From Albugo candida (Eukaryota): DNA of 64,000 nucleotides. Numbering within the stretch: the stretch's first letter is position 1; each line of letters starts with the position of its first letter. A program made the translations under genes and the position numbers. The stretch is taken from positions 620,001 through 684,000 of the forward strand of contig JBDOQK010000004.1 in assembly GCA_040437565.1 (NCBI GenBank), written 5' to 3'. The notes beneath the pieces were generated by a model. That model worked only from the letters and a program-made list of their open reading frames with translations. It had not been told where the DNA came from and did no database searches. Shown in pieces: positions 12,901 to 25,758 of this stretch.

Positions 12901-15307
12901 TGAATCAGATCACTCCACTTGCAACTCACTATTTTCAGATGAAGCAGCATGATATTTGTCCAGATAACAGCAAACATCATGTACTATGAACCCAATCCTG
13001 CTGCATTCGTGATTTTCCGCTTTATCATCACATATCAAGCTTCCATACTTTACTCGCTCTTTCTGTCTCGTTTCTCTTTTGATAAAAAGAAAGAAAAATT
13101 AAAACAAAGGGAAGATTGAGTGGTGAAATAGGTACCTTTCGCTTCTATGTATCTTGTTACGCATCTCATGCGCTTATATTTTTTCTAGTTTTGCTTCACG
13201 AACGAAGTTTGTCATCAAACACAAAAAGAGCATTATTCAAAATCATCCGACTTACGCCCATACTCATCTGACTTGACCGCTTCATGTTCGCAACAGCCGT
13301 CGCTCAGATCATCAATCCGAATGATACAGCTTCTCATGCTTCTCCACATGTGAACAGGACGGTATCCAGTTTGTTTTCGTCTCCTCTCAGCACTATTGCA
13401 CAGTACTTATTAATGAATGATGTACCGGTGCAGGGAGAATCAGAAGCGGTCATGATGGAAGCGTTTATAGCTGCACAACGCAGCTACTTTGAATCTCGAT
13501 TTTACATCTTGCAGCTATTTCTGCTGGCGGGCTATGGGATTATGTTTACTCTATGCGTTATTCTCATTTGTTATATGCGATATAATCGCAGTGTCGCGTT
13601 CCGAGGAGATGCCGCAGCAGCTCGAAAAATCATACTACCAGCATTCGAACCTCTATTGTGGATCCTTGGTGGAACTACTGGCATCTACACTGTTTACTTT
13701 TGTGTGGTTATAAGTTGCAAAGTTTTCACATCCGATATATCAAAAGTTGCAGCTGAGTTTTACTATTCGGGCCGTCAGTTTGTGTTCCTCTCGGTGATCG
13801 TGTTCATGCTACAAAAAAGTGTGTCCATACCATCATTACAGCGCACTGTATTGACTACTTTTGTATTCTCAACGTACACGATACCAATCGTATGGTACAT
13901 GTCAAAATATGGCAGCAATACCGATCTATACTACGTGACAACAATCTCACGCGCCTTACTTCTGCTCCTGTACACATACGTCTTCATCCATCCTCCGTTA
14001 AGAGCAAGCAAGCGCACGATTAGGGAATTCTGCGCATTCGCATACCTTTATTATACATTGTTGTTCACATACGGAGAGCTATTCCATCATTCTGTAGTCG
14101 AGGCAGGTTTCAATCTCACTTATGCAAATTTGTTATGCGGATCCTTATGCCCACTCGTGATTTGGCGGGTCTTAAAGGCAGATACCGAATATTGGCGTGG
14201 AATGGGACAGCGAGCTTGTGCTCTCCAGACTCTTTTCCGTCAGAAACACAACATTCATGAGCGTGTTTCGTCTCAGGGACTCCATATTCTGATTGAGATG
14301 CATCGCAAGTTCATTATCGATTTTGCGTATTTAAAGTTAAAACAGCGAATTGGAATGGGTGCAAGTGCGGTCGTGTTCAAAGGAGTACTACACTCGAGAA
14401 CACCCGTTGCAATCAAAGTCTACACGCCCTCGCAATATACGGAAGAAACTGTAGCGGCATTTTCGCAAGAAGCCGCATTATCCGGCGCTTTGAAACACCC
14501 CAACATTGTCAAGTTTTATGGAATGTGTGTTTGTCCGCCGACAATCTGCTTGGTCTCTGAATTATGTCTCGGCAGCTTGGAAGATGTTACCTTGACGATA
14601 GTCAGACGTTTGCAATCTCCGTTCAGGGAGCAGTTTATCATCAATTTGAACTACATGTTAGACGCTGCTCGGGCTGTTGCATACATTCACAGCTTTTCGC
14701 CAGCATTTGTGCATCGAGACATCAAACCGGCTAATTTTCTCGTTGATTCCGAATCTAACGTCAAATTGACAGACTTTGGAGAGTCCAGAAGTTTACCACG
14801 AGCTCAGATTGTCGGTAGCAATAGTGACCAAGGAAGCAGAGACACAAATGCTTCCGTTAGTAACAGCCATAGCAATCAAGAAAAGATAAATGTGTCATCG
14901 CAAGGAATAAAAATGACGGTTCGAGGCACAGTGGACTACATGGCACCTGAAGTAATCAATGGGAAATCTGGAGTTGCAACTTATGGGGAAGCAGCGGACG
15001 TGTATTCATTGGCCATCACGATGTGGGATATATTGTACCCCGATGTGGAAAAATTCCCAATGATCAACAAAAACCATCATTTGCAGATTTTCGACGTTGT
15101 GATGGATGGAAAGCGTCCACCGCTCGGACAGGATCTACATCCAGCAGTTTACGATGTTATTGAAAGCGCGTGGCATGCTGACGCTAGGATGCGCCCATCT
15201 GCTCAGGAAATTGTTCGAGTGCTCGAATCCGTTCAAGGAGAAGTCCTTGGGACGTTAGCAGTACGAATAGCAACTCAAATAGAACAGGACGCAAATATAC
15301 AACATGA
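9972..15307. repeat. ~2.6-kb direct duplication (9972-12589 and 12690-15307) around the 100-N gap at 12590-12689; likely unmerged contig overlap
   Basis: Identical ORF translations at a constant 2718-nt offset; the breakpoints coincide exactly with the gap. Confidence 0.9.
10566..12589 (+). CDS. Gap-truncated duplicate of the 7TM-TKL kinase gene (probably an assembly artefact)
   Basis: The translation is identical to 13284-15773 until the N run. Confidence 0.55.
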
Positions 15308-15773
15308 TGTTCATGGATTTACGAACAAGTGCTTTCATGCAGAAGAAGCAAGTGAAAAGCTTGAAAAACTGGGTTGCGTGGATGGCCCAGGTGAAGCCAT
15401 TCGCGTCGGAAATGCGTTTATGGATGCAGGGTTCTTGCATCACATCAAGCACAGTCAATGTTATGAGCACTCTAGCTCTCTTTACTTGTTTGATGAGAGC
15501 AGCGTCAAAGTTCAAAGCAAATTTGGTAACTTACCAAGCACACCTTCCACAACTCACGTCTGCACCGTTACCTCGCGCTCTGATCCAAATCTACATGAAA
15601 AGAACGATTGTGAATGTCACAAATTGGGGCAAAGGTTGGAACCGACCAAGCTTTATCGCCGACGATTTCGCAAGAAAGGAAAAACAGCGCACGAGGAAAA
15701 CATGCTGACCACACGTTTGCTTGTGGCAGATGGCAACTCCGAGTTTGATGGTTTCGATGAAAACCTTCGCTGA
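13284..15773 (+). CDS. GPCR-like 7TM domain + TKL-group protein kinase + C-terminal DEP domain (829 aa, intronless)
   Basis: Seven hydrophobic segments ending at ADTEYWRG. Kinase motifs IGMGASAVV, VAIK, HRDIKPAN, DFG and GTVDYMAPE. DEP-like CFHAEEASEKL...EAIRVGNAFMDAGFLHHI...LYLF. Confidence 0.88.
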   Translation: MFATAVAQIINPNDTASHASPHVNRTVSSLFSSPLSTIAQYLLMNDVPVQGESEAVMMEAFIAAQRSYFESRFYILQLFLLAGYGIMFTLCVILICYMRYNRSVAFRGDAAAARKIILPAFEPLLWILGGTTGIYTVYFCVVISCKVFTSDISKVAAEFYYSGRQFVFLSVIVFMLQKSVSIPSLQRTVLTTFVFSTYTIPIVWYMSKYGSNTDLYYVTTISRALLLLLYTYVFIHPPLRASKRTIREFCAFAYLYYTLLFTYGELFHHSVVEAGFNLTYANLLCGSLCPLVIWRVLKADTEYWRGMGQRACALQTLFRQKHNIHERVSSQGLHILIEMHRKFIIDFAYLKLKQRIGMGASAVVFKGVLHSRTPVAIKVYTPSQYTEETVAAFSQEAALSGALKHPNIVKFYGMCVCPPTICLVSELCLGSLEDVTLTIVRRLQSPFREQFIINLNYMLDAARAVAYIHSFSPAFVHRDIKPANFLVDSESNVKLTDFGESRSLPRAQIVGSNSDQGSRDTNASVSNSHSNQEKINVSSQGIKMTVRGTVDYMAPEVINGKSGVATYGEAADVYSLAITMWDILYPDVEKFPMINKNHHLQIFDVVMDGKRPPLGQDLHPAVYDVIESAWHADARMRPSAQEIVRVLESVQGEVLGTLAVRIATQIEQDANIQHDVHGFTNKCFHAEEASEKLEKLGCVDGPGEAIRVGNAFMDAGFLHHIKHSQCYEHSSSLYLFDESSVKVQSKFGNLPSTPSTTHVCTVTSRSDPNLHEKNDCECHKLGQRLEPTKLYRRRFRKKGKTAHEENMLTTRLLVADGNSEFDGFDENLR

Positions 15774-16533
15774 TCGCGCTATATGAAAAAACGCACTCGA
15801 TGACTCAACGACGATATAAACAATCGACAAAATTGGGTTTCGTACAGTTCAAGCAACCCCCTTTGATTTGGGATGGTTTTGGATCTGATTGACAAAAGTA
15901 GCTTCTATGGCTTTCCCTACTGCTGTAATTGGCATTAGGATATTCTTCTCAACATTTACCATTATTGGCCCGTATGAACTTCCGACAAAGCAATAAGATC
16001 TGTCGGAATTCTGGATATCATGAAATACCTTTGTGCTCTAGGATGAAAAGTGCCGCGAAACTAGGATCACAAACTCAAGAACATCAAATATGCTGGATGA
16101 AACTATCAAAATCTCTGTAATATAATCTGATTTTTCAAAGCGTAACGGAGTGATAGTATCGGCAATAAGCTCACATATCAACTAGTGATGAGTATTGCCC
16201 CGTGAGCGATCTTATTGAATAATATAAAAGAGCAAGTCCATATAATTTGTCTAATTTGGCGACATCATTGCCGCATAAAAGCTTGTCAGCTCATTTTATG
16301 GATCGATACTGTTCTGTGTAATTTTAACCATAAAATAATAAGTCTCTGATAGGCAATCAATACCCTCATCAGCAGCCCAACTTTCTCGACTTGAAGGCTT
16401 GTCGCAAGCACACTAATACACCCGTTGCGGGAATGCACCTACTCAACTGATGCAAAGCATTAGATCCCTACTATGAGGAGCTGTAAATCAAAGAACGACA
16501 CGTTTTCTTCTCTCTGATTGATTTCTACCAAAT

Positions 16534-19500
16534 ATGAGCATGAAGAAAAGCTTTGTTAGCAGCCAATCAGAGCTCTTGCAAAATATGGACACATTCGAGC
16601 AAGCATGTCTTATTTTGTATGCCGCAAATCCTCCAGATCAGCTCCACCAAGCAGAAGCGTACCTTAATTCAATCGCCGATTCCTCCACATTTTTGCAAGA
16701 TACGTTTCATGTGCTGCAGGTTACAACGCATAAAACTGTTCAGTTCCATTGCATCAAAATTTTCCGAGAGGATTTACTACGAAAATGGATGCAATACTCG
16801 GCTGCTGAACGTGCAGAATGGATTCGTTTGCTAACTGATTTTTTACTTTCGCAGTGTGCTCATTTGGCATCTTATGTATCGAACGCACTCCTTCAAACGA
16901 TCGTGGTGTTTCAGAAACGTTCATGGCTCGAGTTCACACCGACAGAACGTTCTCAACACATTCAGGTTCCAATAAGATTATTGGAACAGAATGGAATCGG
17001 GTTTAAGACTAGCTCGGATGCACAAAACGTGCAATTAATAGCAGTGAAATGGATCCACACTATGATACAAGAATTTGGCTCCCCATCGCGCGCACAGGTC
17101 ATGCATCAACCCATTCAGACGCATATCAAGGCTCGAAGCACATTCGGGGATGATGGCCTTCAAGCAATCGCTCAGTACTTCTTTTCGTTTTTTAGCAGAT
17201 TGCTGCAAAATGGTGATGAACTCAAGCGGTGCATGAATTTATCTCTATCAGATCTTAGCTTGCAAGAGTCTGTCCAAGCTCAATTGGAACTTCTAGAGGG
17301 ATCATACACCATTTGCACCGAGCTTCTGAACTGGAAAGTAAGTTCGTCAGCTACTTTACGAAATAAACAGGATAGATTGGCTTGGAGTCTAACGCCTTCA
17401 AATAACGAAGAACAAGAAGACGTTTTCCTAGAACCATGTCAATTGTGGAGAGCATGGCTCACGCAATCAGAGATTGTTTACATTGCTTTCAAATCATACG
17501 TAGACATAAGAGAGGTATCAGTTCTTACTAAGCGCAACAACTTGGCCCATTTGGGACGACAGCTGCTGATACAATTGGCATCGTTTAGAGGTCCAATTTT
17601 CTTAAACGAAGAAATGCACCAAAATTTCATGAAAGAGGTCTTTCTGGGTACTCTCAGTCTTGCGAGAAATCCATTGGTCAACTTGATCACAACTAACGAT
17701 GTCGATGCCAAAGAAATTGCAACAAAAGAATTGATCGACATATGCCAGATTTTATCACGATTGGTAAAAAATCTGGGCCGCAAGCTTCTTTGTGTCGATT
17801 TATGTGCTGCTTTCGGGAAGACTCTTATCGAAGAAATGGCTACACTGTGTTTGAATTTACTACAAGTATCGTCGAATGATATTCGCCATCATAGGCAATC
17901 ATCTCTGCCAGTAGAAGATATGTGGTCATTAGAAGCGGTCGAAATACTACTTGATGCGTGGGCAATGCTTTCGATCGACACATTCACAGAAGGTATGAAA
18001 AATACAGAAAATGACGGGCAGAATATGCTCTGTATAGAACACGGCGAAATATTAAAGCATCGACTCGACTCTGTCGTCCGGATGTATCTACACATGAAAA
18101 CTGAGTTATGTTCTTTATATGCATTGACAGAAGATGAAAATGAAGAGGAAATTGATGACGATTCAGGCAAGAGCGAGGACTATTTAGAAGTAATAGCTGT
18201 GTTGGCCCGTGTAGACGTCATGAATGTGGCCACGATACTTTTGGATATGCTGGAAGCGCTGAATATAGAACTGCACTCTTTGATTTCGCGAGAAAATGAC
18301 GACATGATGACGTCCGAGATCGTATCAATATTTGAGAAGCTTCATTTTCTGGTTCGATTCACAGGGTTGTTTCTCAGTGACGATTATCTGAATGAACAAC
18401 CCAGTCTTTCTATACAAATTGAGATCGCATGTCAAACGCAGACGCAAGACGTATCCGCACATCCAGTTGTACGGCTTATCATCTTGGTGACGAAAGAATT
18501 ACTCAATTATGAATGCTTACGACTCGCTCATAATCCTACCAGTCAAAAGATGAGTCCATACTTTTTCGAGGAACTTTTCAAGACGACTTCTAGGCTCTGC
18601 GCAACTTATGTGATATGCAGTGATAAAAAGGAAAACACTGAGATGTTAAGGCTACAACGATCCGTACTGAGAGTATTTATTGTCACACCCGATTCAGATG
18701 CGGAAAATCTCGTTCAATTTCTCTTGAAGTGTGTGTTCATATGCTTGGAGAACTGGCCGACCCAAACTCTTGTCATTGAGTATGCCATCAATCTTTTAAT
18801 GATTTTATCACGCACTGGGGCTTTATCGTGTGTACTGAAAACACCACAGTGGCAGTCTATCGTTCAAGCAAACGCTGAGGCTGTAACGTATGTACAATCA
18901 ACTCAAAGTACAGCTACTTCGCCAACACTTAAGGCTGTGTCACGTATTCCGACCGCATTACGTGGAAGGCTGATGGAAGCTGTTTGCCGAGCTACTTGTA
19001 CTTCAAGAATATGTGAATTCCAGACCGTCCAATTGGCCAAGTGTCTAGAAACACTAAAGTCACGCCTCCGGAACCTTTTGCGATATATTGAGGACAATAA
19101 GGAGTATGCACGAAATGATCTGCTTGTGGAAGAAGAATCCATACTCCTGTTGCAGCTATATACAGGAAGCGTACTCGCTAGTCGAACGTAAGTCAAGTGA
19201 CATACTCTCTCTGTGTATCGAATACTCATTTCTTGACGCAGGCACAAATTGGTGACAGAACACTGCTTAGAAGCACTCCCATACTTTGTACGGCTGACTG
19301 AAATTCTGCAGGCAAATATGCAATTGGTATATTACTGCTTGGCTTTTGTTAGAGATTTTGTTGGAGTGCATCTTGCTTATCTAAGCTCAAAAGACGCAAT
19401 TAATGTATACAAGCAGTGCCAACTACTCATTCATTCATACACAAGTATCCATCAAAGCAAAAGAGCGTGGACTGACACGGAAGAAGATGCCTGCAGAGAT

Positions 19501-20306
19501 ATTATTGCACTATTCCACTTGCTGAATCATCTTATCATCAATGAATGCATCAATTTTACCGATGAAGAGTCGACCGAAGATGAGAGCAAGGAATCTACTC
19601 GAGTGCTGGCAGAAGTCGTCTTTGACGGACTCAACTGTATCATTCCTTTGATGACGAAACAACTTATGCAATATCCAGCTCTGACTAAACATTTCTTCAC
19701 GACAATTGAATATATCATTGAGTCTTATCCTGACCAAATGATGCGATTAAATGGTGATTTTTTCGAGGAGTTGACAGAGCTCATTCTTCTTGGAATCCAA
19801 CATTTCAGCGCGGACATTTCCCGAACATGTTTGCAAGCACTTGGCTCAATGGTCACATACTACTACAAAGCCTTGGCTCATGGTCAGCCTCTTGGACCAG
19901 CCGATCACTTGAGAAAATGTGCTTTATTCTTTATGCGTGCTACCCGACTTATTTTGGACATTAGTCTGATGCAGCAGTTCGACCCAGTCATCCTCGATCC
20001 TTGTGCAATCGCATTGTATAATTTGATTTTGATACAAAAGGTGAAGGCAATGTTTGCAATCTTTCCGAAATCACAAGCAGTAACTGTTTATATGATTAGG
20101 CTGAATTCATTACTATTGCACAATCTATCTGCGAAGATTGCGACGATCAAGTGAAGCAGAAAATGATGCAATGTCTAAGTCAATTAGCCGAGAGCGTGGG
20201 TGAACACACTACAAATATTATATCTCTGAGAAAAAATCGTTCGGTATTCAAATCCAGCTACCACAGTTTTGTCGCAGATGCTCGCGGATATCTACAATTC
20301 CGGTAG
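16534..20306 (+). CDS. XPO4: Exportin-4-like karyopherin (HEAT repeats); 3 exons, introns ~19187-19241 and 20041-20099
   Basis: Importin-beta-like N-terminus (FEQACLILY...AEAYL...VQFHC), LLIQLASFRGPIF, GLNCIIPLMTKQLMQYPAL, and a spliced C-terminus FVADARGYLQFR* resembling XPO4. Confidence 0.8.
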
Positions 20307-21271
20307 AGCTCCCACACCAAGAAAAGATTATTTTTGGATAGATTTAGCATCAAAAACATGTATGTAGCCTGTGTTTATGTAAAGATCATCTATCATATAT
20401 CATCACTTCGTAGATAGAGTGATTATGCGCTGGAACTCGGGGTGCGTATTCGATTGGAAATAAAATTCAATCTTCTATTTTTGTGCAAGTAAAAAAGGTT
20501 TTTTGCCAAGATTAAGTGTTACTCGTCGTCCATTATTTTCATTGGTTCTTCAGCTCAAGTGAGTTGACTTATGCAAAGCTCCATAGTCTCCGTCGTCTTC
20601 GCTGCTCAGGTAGCGTTACTGTTCATGTCGATAATCAATATTCGTTATTGTATAGTCAAGCATAATAACCCCTAGAATTTTGGGTGCAATACAATGGCAA
20701 AGTCTACGTGTCATTCCGTATCCTGGTGGGAGCTACTGTGGAAGGCGCCCGACCATCTTGTTGCTGGTGTGCCACTTGTATGGCTACATCACGGCATCTT
20801 CGAAAACGTGTATTACCGATTGTCGAAGATCTGCAATCTCAACAAAAAACCTCAGAATTTGAACCAAAGAAATCGATCTAATTAGTATCTGCGTTATCAA
20901 AATGGGGGTCCTTTCATCGTTTCTTTATTCAGCAAACCAGCTGCTTTGTCTTAGTTGCCATATTGAACCCCGGGGGAACTGAATATCACCACCCAATACG
21001 CATGCGGTGAGCTTAAGTCGAGCCATCTTAGCTCAGTTTGTGTCAGCAGTTATTATCGTTCTGGAGATCCAGAACATTTTGCTAGTAAAACGGCGAGTGT
21101 ACAGTTTTTTGCAGATCATCTCAAATATGAGCCTTTGGCGAATGAAATAATACAAAGCGCAATAGGTTCATAAGCTGCTTCACCCCACGTATCACATCTT
21201 GCAGAGTTTTTTAAAATGGAATCCTACTTTGGGTTTGAATTAGTTGTTATATACACGCAACAGGCGGTACC

Positions 21272-22176
21272 TTAAGAGTCTCTTACGAGTGGAACATATG
21301 CAACACTCATCAGTTTACGCTGTTGAATACCTTGACTTGTGCGCACGACCTCAGTTAAAAATTGCACCTCGTTCGGAGCACCCAGTGGGATGACCATCCT
21401 TCCACCAATTTCAAGCTAAGCTGATGACATTAGCCGGCTTATTTATCAGAAACAAGAATGTACCTGATTTATCAATGAATCCGGTAGTTTATCCGCCGCT
21501 GCACCAACATGTATGAAATGAAAAGGTGCTGTTTTTGCAACTTCTTTCCAGCCGTCTGCGCCTAATCCGAAAGCAAGTGTAAATCCCATAATTCAAATCG
21601 ATTCTCGTGAGCAGGTAGGCATACATAGTATCGTCACGATGCCATTATCAATCAAATCTCTGTCAGACAATTCAATATTTTTTCTCGCAAAATCGGCCAG
21701 TTCCTCGACTCGTTCAATCCCGACCACTTTTCCATTGGCAGATTCGACCTGATTTCTGTAAGTGTGCCATCTTCGTGCGATAAGATATGGTTTCGTACCA
21801 TGCGACCGAAACAAGCAGTCAAGTATCCTGACCCTGAGCCCACATCAAGGATTTGAGGACGCTCTATACCCTGGGTTGAAGCATCTGCCAACTCTAATGC
21901 GTAGGCATGCTACAGAACGTCTGTCAGAAAACTTGCTGTAGGGTGTGGCAATTAGATCATAACCATGTGAGGTGCGGAAATCGTCTGGTTATGGCCTATT
22001 GGTTGAGGTGCATCCGAATAAGCAAGCTGCTGATTCAACGACTCTGCCGATCGCATATACTTTGCACGATCAGTTTTTTTCATTGCGTCTGCCACCCGTT
22101 TGGAGTGTATGATGCCGGATCGGCAAAGATTCTGGACCAGACCCTCATTCGACAATGAACTACAACGCCAAGCCAT
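21272..22176 (-). CDS. PCMT1: Protein-L-isoaspartate O-methyltransferase (PIMT), multi-exon
   Basis: MAWRCSSLSNEGLVQNL, PQPIGHNQTISAPHMHAYALE, LDVGSGSGYLTA, VVGIERVEEL, PFHFIHVGAAA, GGRMVIPLG, LMSVAYVPL; exons separated by GT-AG introns. Confidence 0.93.
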
Positions 22177-25100
22177 TATTTGTAGTGCGTTTAGCTAAAA
22201 AGAAAATGTCAAGTGTGTATTTGGCGTGCTTCAACGATGGGATTCTTACTTATGTACAAGTACCTAACATAGTGTTTTCCCAGTTACGTTGGTAGAGTGC
22301 GCATGCTTTCGAAAAGTTGACTTAATTTTCCTTATACTGCGCGTACAGCCGCGATGGCTAAACAACTTTTGTTGTACGTGGAAGATGTGATATTCTCCAT
22401 AGCAAAATTCAAATGATTTCCGACCCAAATGAGACATAATAGTTCACATCAACGTAAAAACAATGCCAAGAGTGAAAATTCACGGTACGTTTCCGTGCCC
22501 AAATGTCATACCCAAACCGGAGTCTTCTTAGCAACTGCGATGGTTGTTTTACTGAATTTAGGTCATCCTTAGAGAAGAGTTATCGATGCCGTAAAAATTT
22601 ACACTCTTCCACTAAAGCTTCGCGAGTAGTTGTTAGTTTGAATGTTATGTACTGGGTAATTGGTTGGAGCTCCTACTGACCTATATCTGCGGCTGGCGGC
22701 GTTGTGACAAAGTGTTCGTACAGTTATCAGTGCAAATCAGTGCATCGCAAGCAGTCATACTATATTTTATTTGAAGCCAACAAGAAGCCTTGTCATGAAT
22801 CAGCTTAAGGAAACTAAAAAAACACTCGCAGATGCATGCAAGACCATCAGTGATGGGGCGAGATGACGGCGAACGTGGTCGGCATATTGATTTAGAGCCG
22901 TTCAACCAAGGGTCTCTCGATTAAGATGGAGTGTGACTGCTTCTAATTCATCAAGTTGTTTTTCCCCATTATATCACCCCCTTGACGAAAACGTCCTCAA
23001 AGTGCCGACAAAAGTACCAGGACATCAAGAAGCTTAAACTTAATTCAAGTTCAGTCAGAGAAGTTGATTCGTGCCGTCTGAATAAGTCCGTGCGTGCCCG
23101 AAACTCACTTATATCACTTGTAAACACATCATAATTTCAGTTCAATCGATCTTTGTCGGTCGCTCCGTGTTAGCACCTTAAAGGCAAATCTACCTATATA
23201 TTTGCTGTTTTGTATCTCATCATCTCTACAAACCGTTTTCAATGGCTACTCAGACTCATCTGCTGTCGCTCCCACATGATTAGTTCTCGTCCGATTTTAT
23301 CTAGTCGGGCATGAGACAAGGAAATATGTCAACGACAGTGAAGATCAGGAGCTGGATCTTGAATCACATGTACCGCCGCTTCTCGATGCCCTTTATTCGC
23401 ACAAAACATCATGTCTCCTTGAATACTTATTTAGTAGATTCTCAGACGCCCGAACAAATTGACGAAAAATCGCAAAATCATCATTCTATGCTTCTAGTTT
23501 GGCGTCGTAATATTGAAAATCTATGTATAAGATGATGTCACGTGGATTTCGATCCATTTTGCAATTGATGTATGCTAGTGCGAGTTGCTTAGACCTCTGA
23601 CGTCTCAGGAAAGCATTTTAAGGTATCAAATGGAATTTCGATGCTTACATAGAAGCCCTTTGCGCATCACAATTCATAGCATTTCCGACATAAAAAAGTG
23701 CATTGTTCCTTGGGTTGCGAGGAAGTTTTATAGTGAGGAGTCTTACCTAAGGCATCTAGGAGACTTCCAGGTCACTACAATTTTCTCGTGTCATCTCATC
23801 AATATGTTTTTGGCATCCGGCTATTGGAAGCACGTTTGATGTCAAAATTGCAAAGCATTTGTACAATGTACTGTCAGCTGAATTACAAAAGAGAACTTAT
23901 ATGACCGAGAGAAGTAATCTGTAAATTATTTTCAGCTTGAAAGATATGCTTGTTCTGTGTACGCTACGCTGGATCATTGAGAGATGTCCATGAGCAGGAT
24001 ATGACTGGAATTGACCCGATGCAGCGCTTTCTGCATACTTTCTTGTACAAAAAGCCTCTTGGCTGATTAAAAGCTAAAAATCCCCCTTAATGGTGAAAGG
24101 AGTATGCAGTCTCGGGTACTATCTGAAGCAGTGAACCACAGATGAACACCCCATGTTCAGTATCTTGTATTCCATTCGCGGCTACTTGGCCACAATTGAG
24201 AACGCTGACTACTATTATAACCCAACTTCATTTGCACAGTAACCAGTCCTACCAAATGGAAGTCCTTATTCCTCGCATTGATTCATAAAGCCACCATCTC
24301 ATAACCAAACAAGCGGCTTTGCAGATTGCAATAATCACACACATTCGCACTAGAGAGAAAGATTGTAGGAGTGTAACTCAAATGTAAGGTGTCTTTCGAA
24401 ATTTCTACTGGTGTGATTAGAATGAGCTACCGGTGCATATTTATACGACTTTCAAAGCCAGAATTTCTAAAGGTCAAAGCTTTTGGACACTAAGAATCAC
24501 AGCTGACAAATTTCACATTTCTCATTCTGTATTGTGGGTAGCTGCCATAAGCAAATGTGATAGGCCCATGCCAGGAAAAGTCTTTCTACAGCCCCACATT
24601 CCAGACATCCTGCTTCTACCAAATCTTTCGGTTAGTAATCCACAACAGCACAAAAAAACAGAAGTTGCTTTACCGTATCGATGTGATAGAAGCGATATCA
24701 GATCCTCGATCTTTATCGCTCTCTTACTGTTACGTGGGGAAACCAACACCTGCTCTTTGACAACAGATTGTTTATATAGTGACCGCAAAGTCATTTTCAC
24801 AGACAGAGGCTAAAGTCGCGAAATCAGCAAGCGTAGAGACATTGCTCTATCGTTGCTCGCGTATTTCTTCATGACGGTGCTCGAAAATGTTCGAGCATAC
24901 ACGTAGTTCTTTGCTGGGATCATCTTGCTGATTAGTATAGTTGTCGACAGCAAATTTTACGGATTCTACCACTGATATCCGATCTATCTGTGAAGCTCTG
25001 AATAGGGCTGGCCACGAACGAGTATCGAGTAAATATTATGGGTGTAAATCATCTGAGAGTGCGCCATTTTCTATAGTCACATCTTCAAACACCAAATAAT

Positions 25101-25758
25101 GAGAACTCTCCCCCCTGAAAGTCTGCTTCTTTCGCAGCAAAAACCTGACTACCCGCCTAAGAGTTCGATTGAAGTCGCATATTTTTCCAGCTGTCAACGA
25201 CTTTTGAAAACCCTAACAATGTAATCCTGCCCGGTGCGTCACTAGCTTGTTCCAGATAGATTCAATAGACTTTGCATATAACTTGTGCTCCTCTGATTCT
25301 CGGAGGGCTGATGCGTTATGCTTCATATTGGTAATCAGGTTGCTCTGCTTTTCGACCGCGAAGACTATAAGCGGATTTGAATGGATCTCCGATAAGAATA
25401 CATGCCGCTCTGGAGCCGTCGTGATTATAGGAATTGAAGATGAGGACTCGGACTGCATGAAGTGTTTGACGAAGAAGTCGAATTGATAATGCTTTGATAA
25501 GAAAGAGTGTTACCTCGCGCTTAAAAGCATACATACCTGCTCTACAGATTAAGACGATGGTTGATAATGAAAATATTTCTCTTGTAGAGAACCAACAATA
25601 AGTTGTGAAAGCTTGCAAGTCAAGATTTATCTTGGTCGATCAGATCGGTTCCTCTTCCATCCTATCAACCCATTTTTACTATTTAATCAAGACTATTGCG
25701 CGAATCTACCACCAAATGGATGGGTTTAATATGGCTTGATATAATTTCCAAGCGTAAT

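Noticed and set aside
9972-15307. Recent tandem duplication of a receptor kinase gene
   Set aside because: The copies look identical and abut a fixed 100-N gap, the same pattern as every other gap, so this is treated as an assembly artefact.
20571-20885. Possible small spliced Cys-rich or secreted gene (three overlapping 60-65 aa ORFs)
   Set aside because: No convincing signal peptide, effector motif or unique frame; cannot be supported without expression data.
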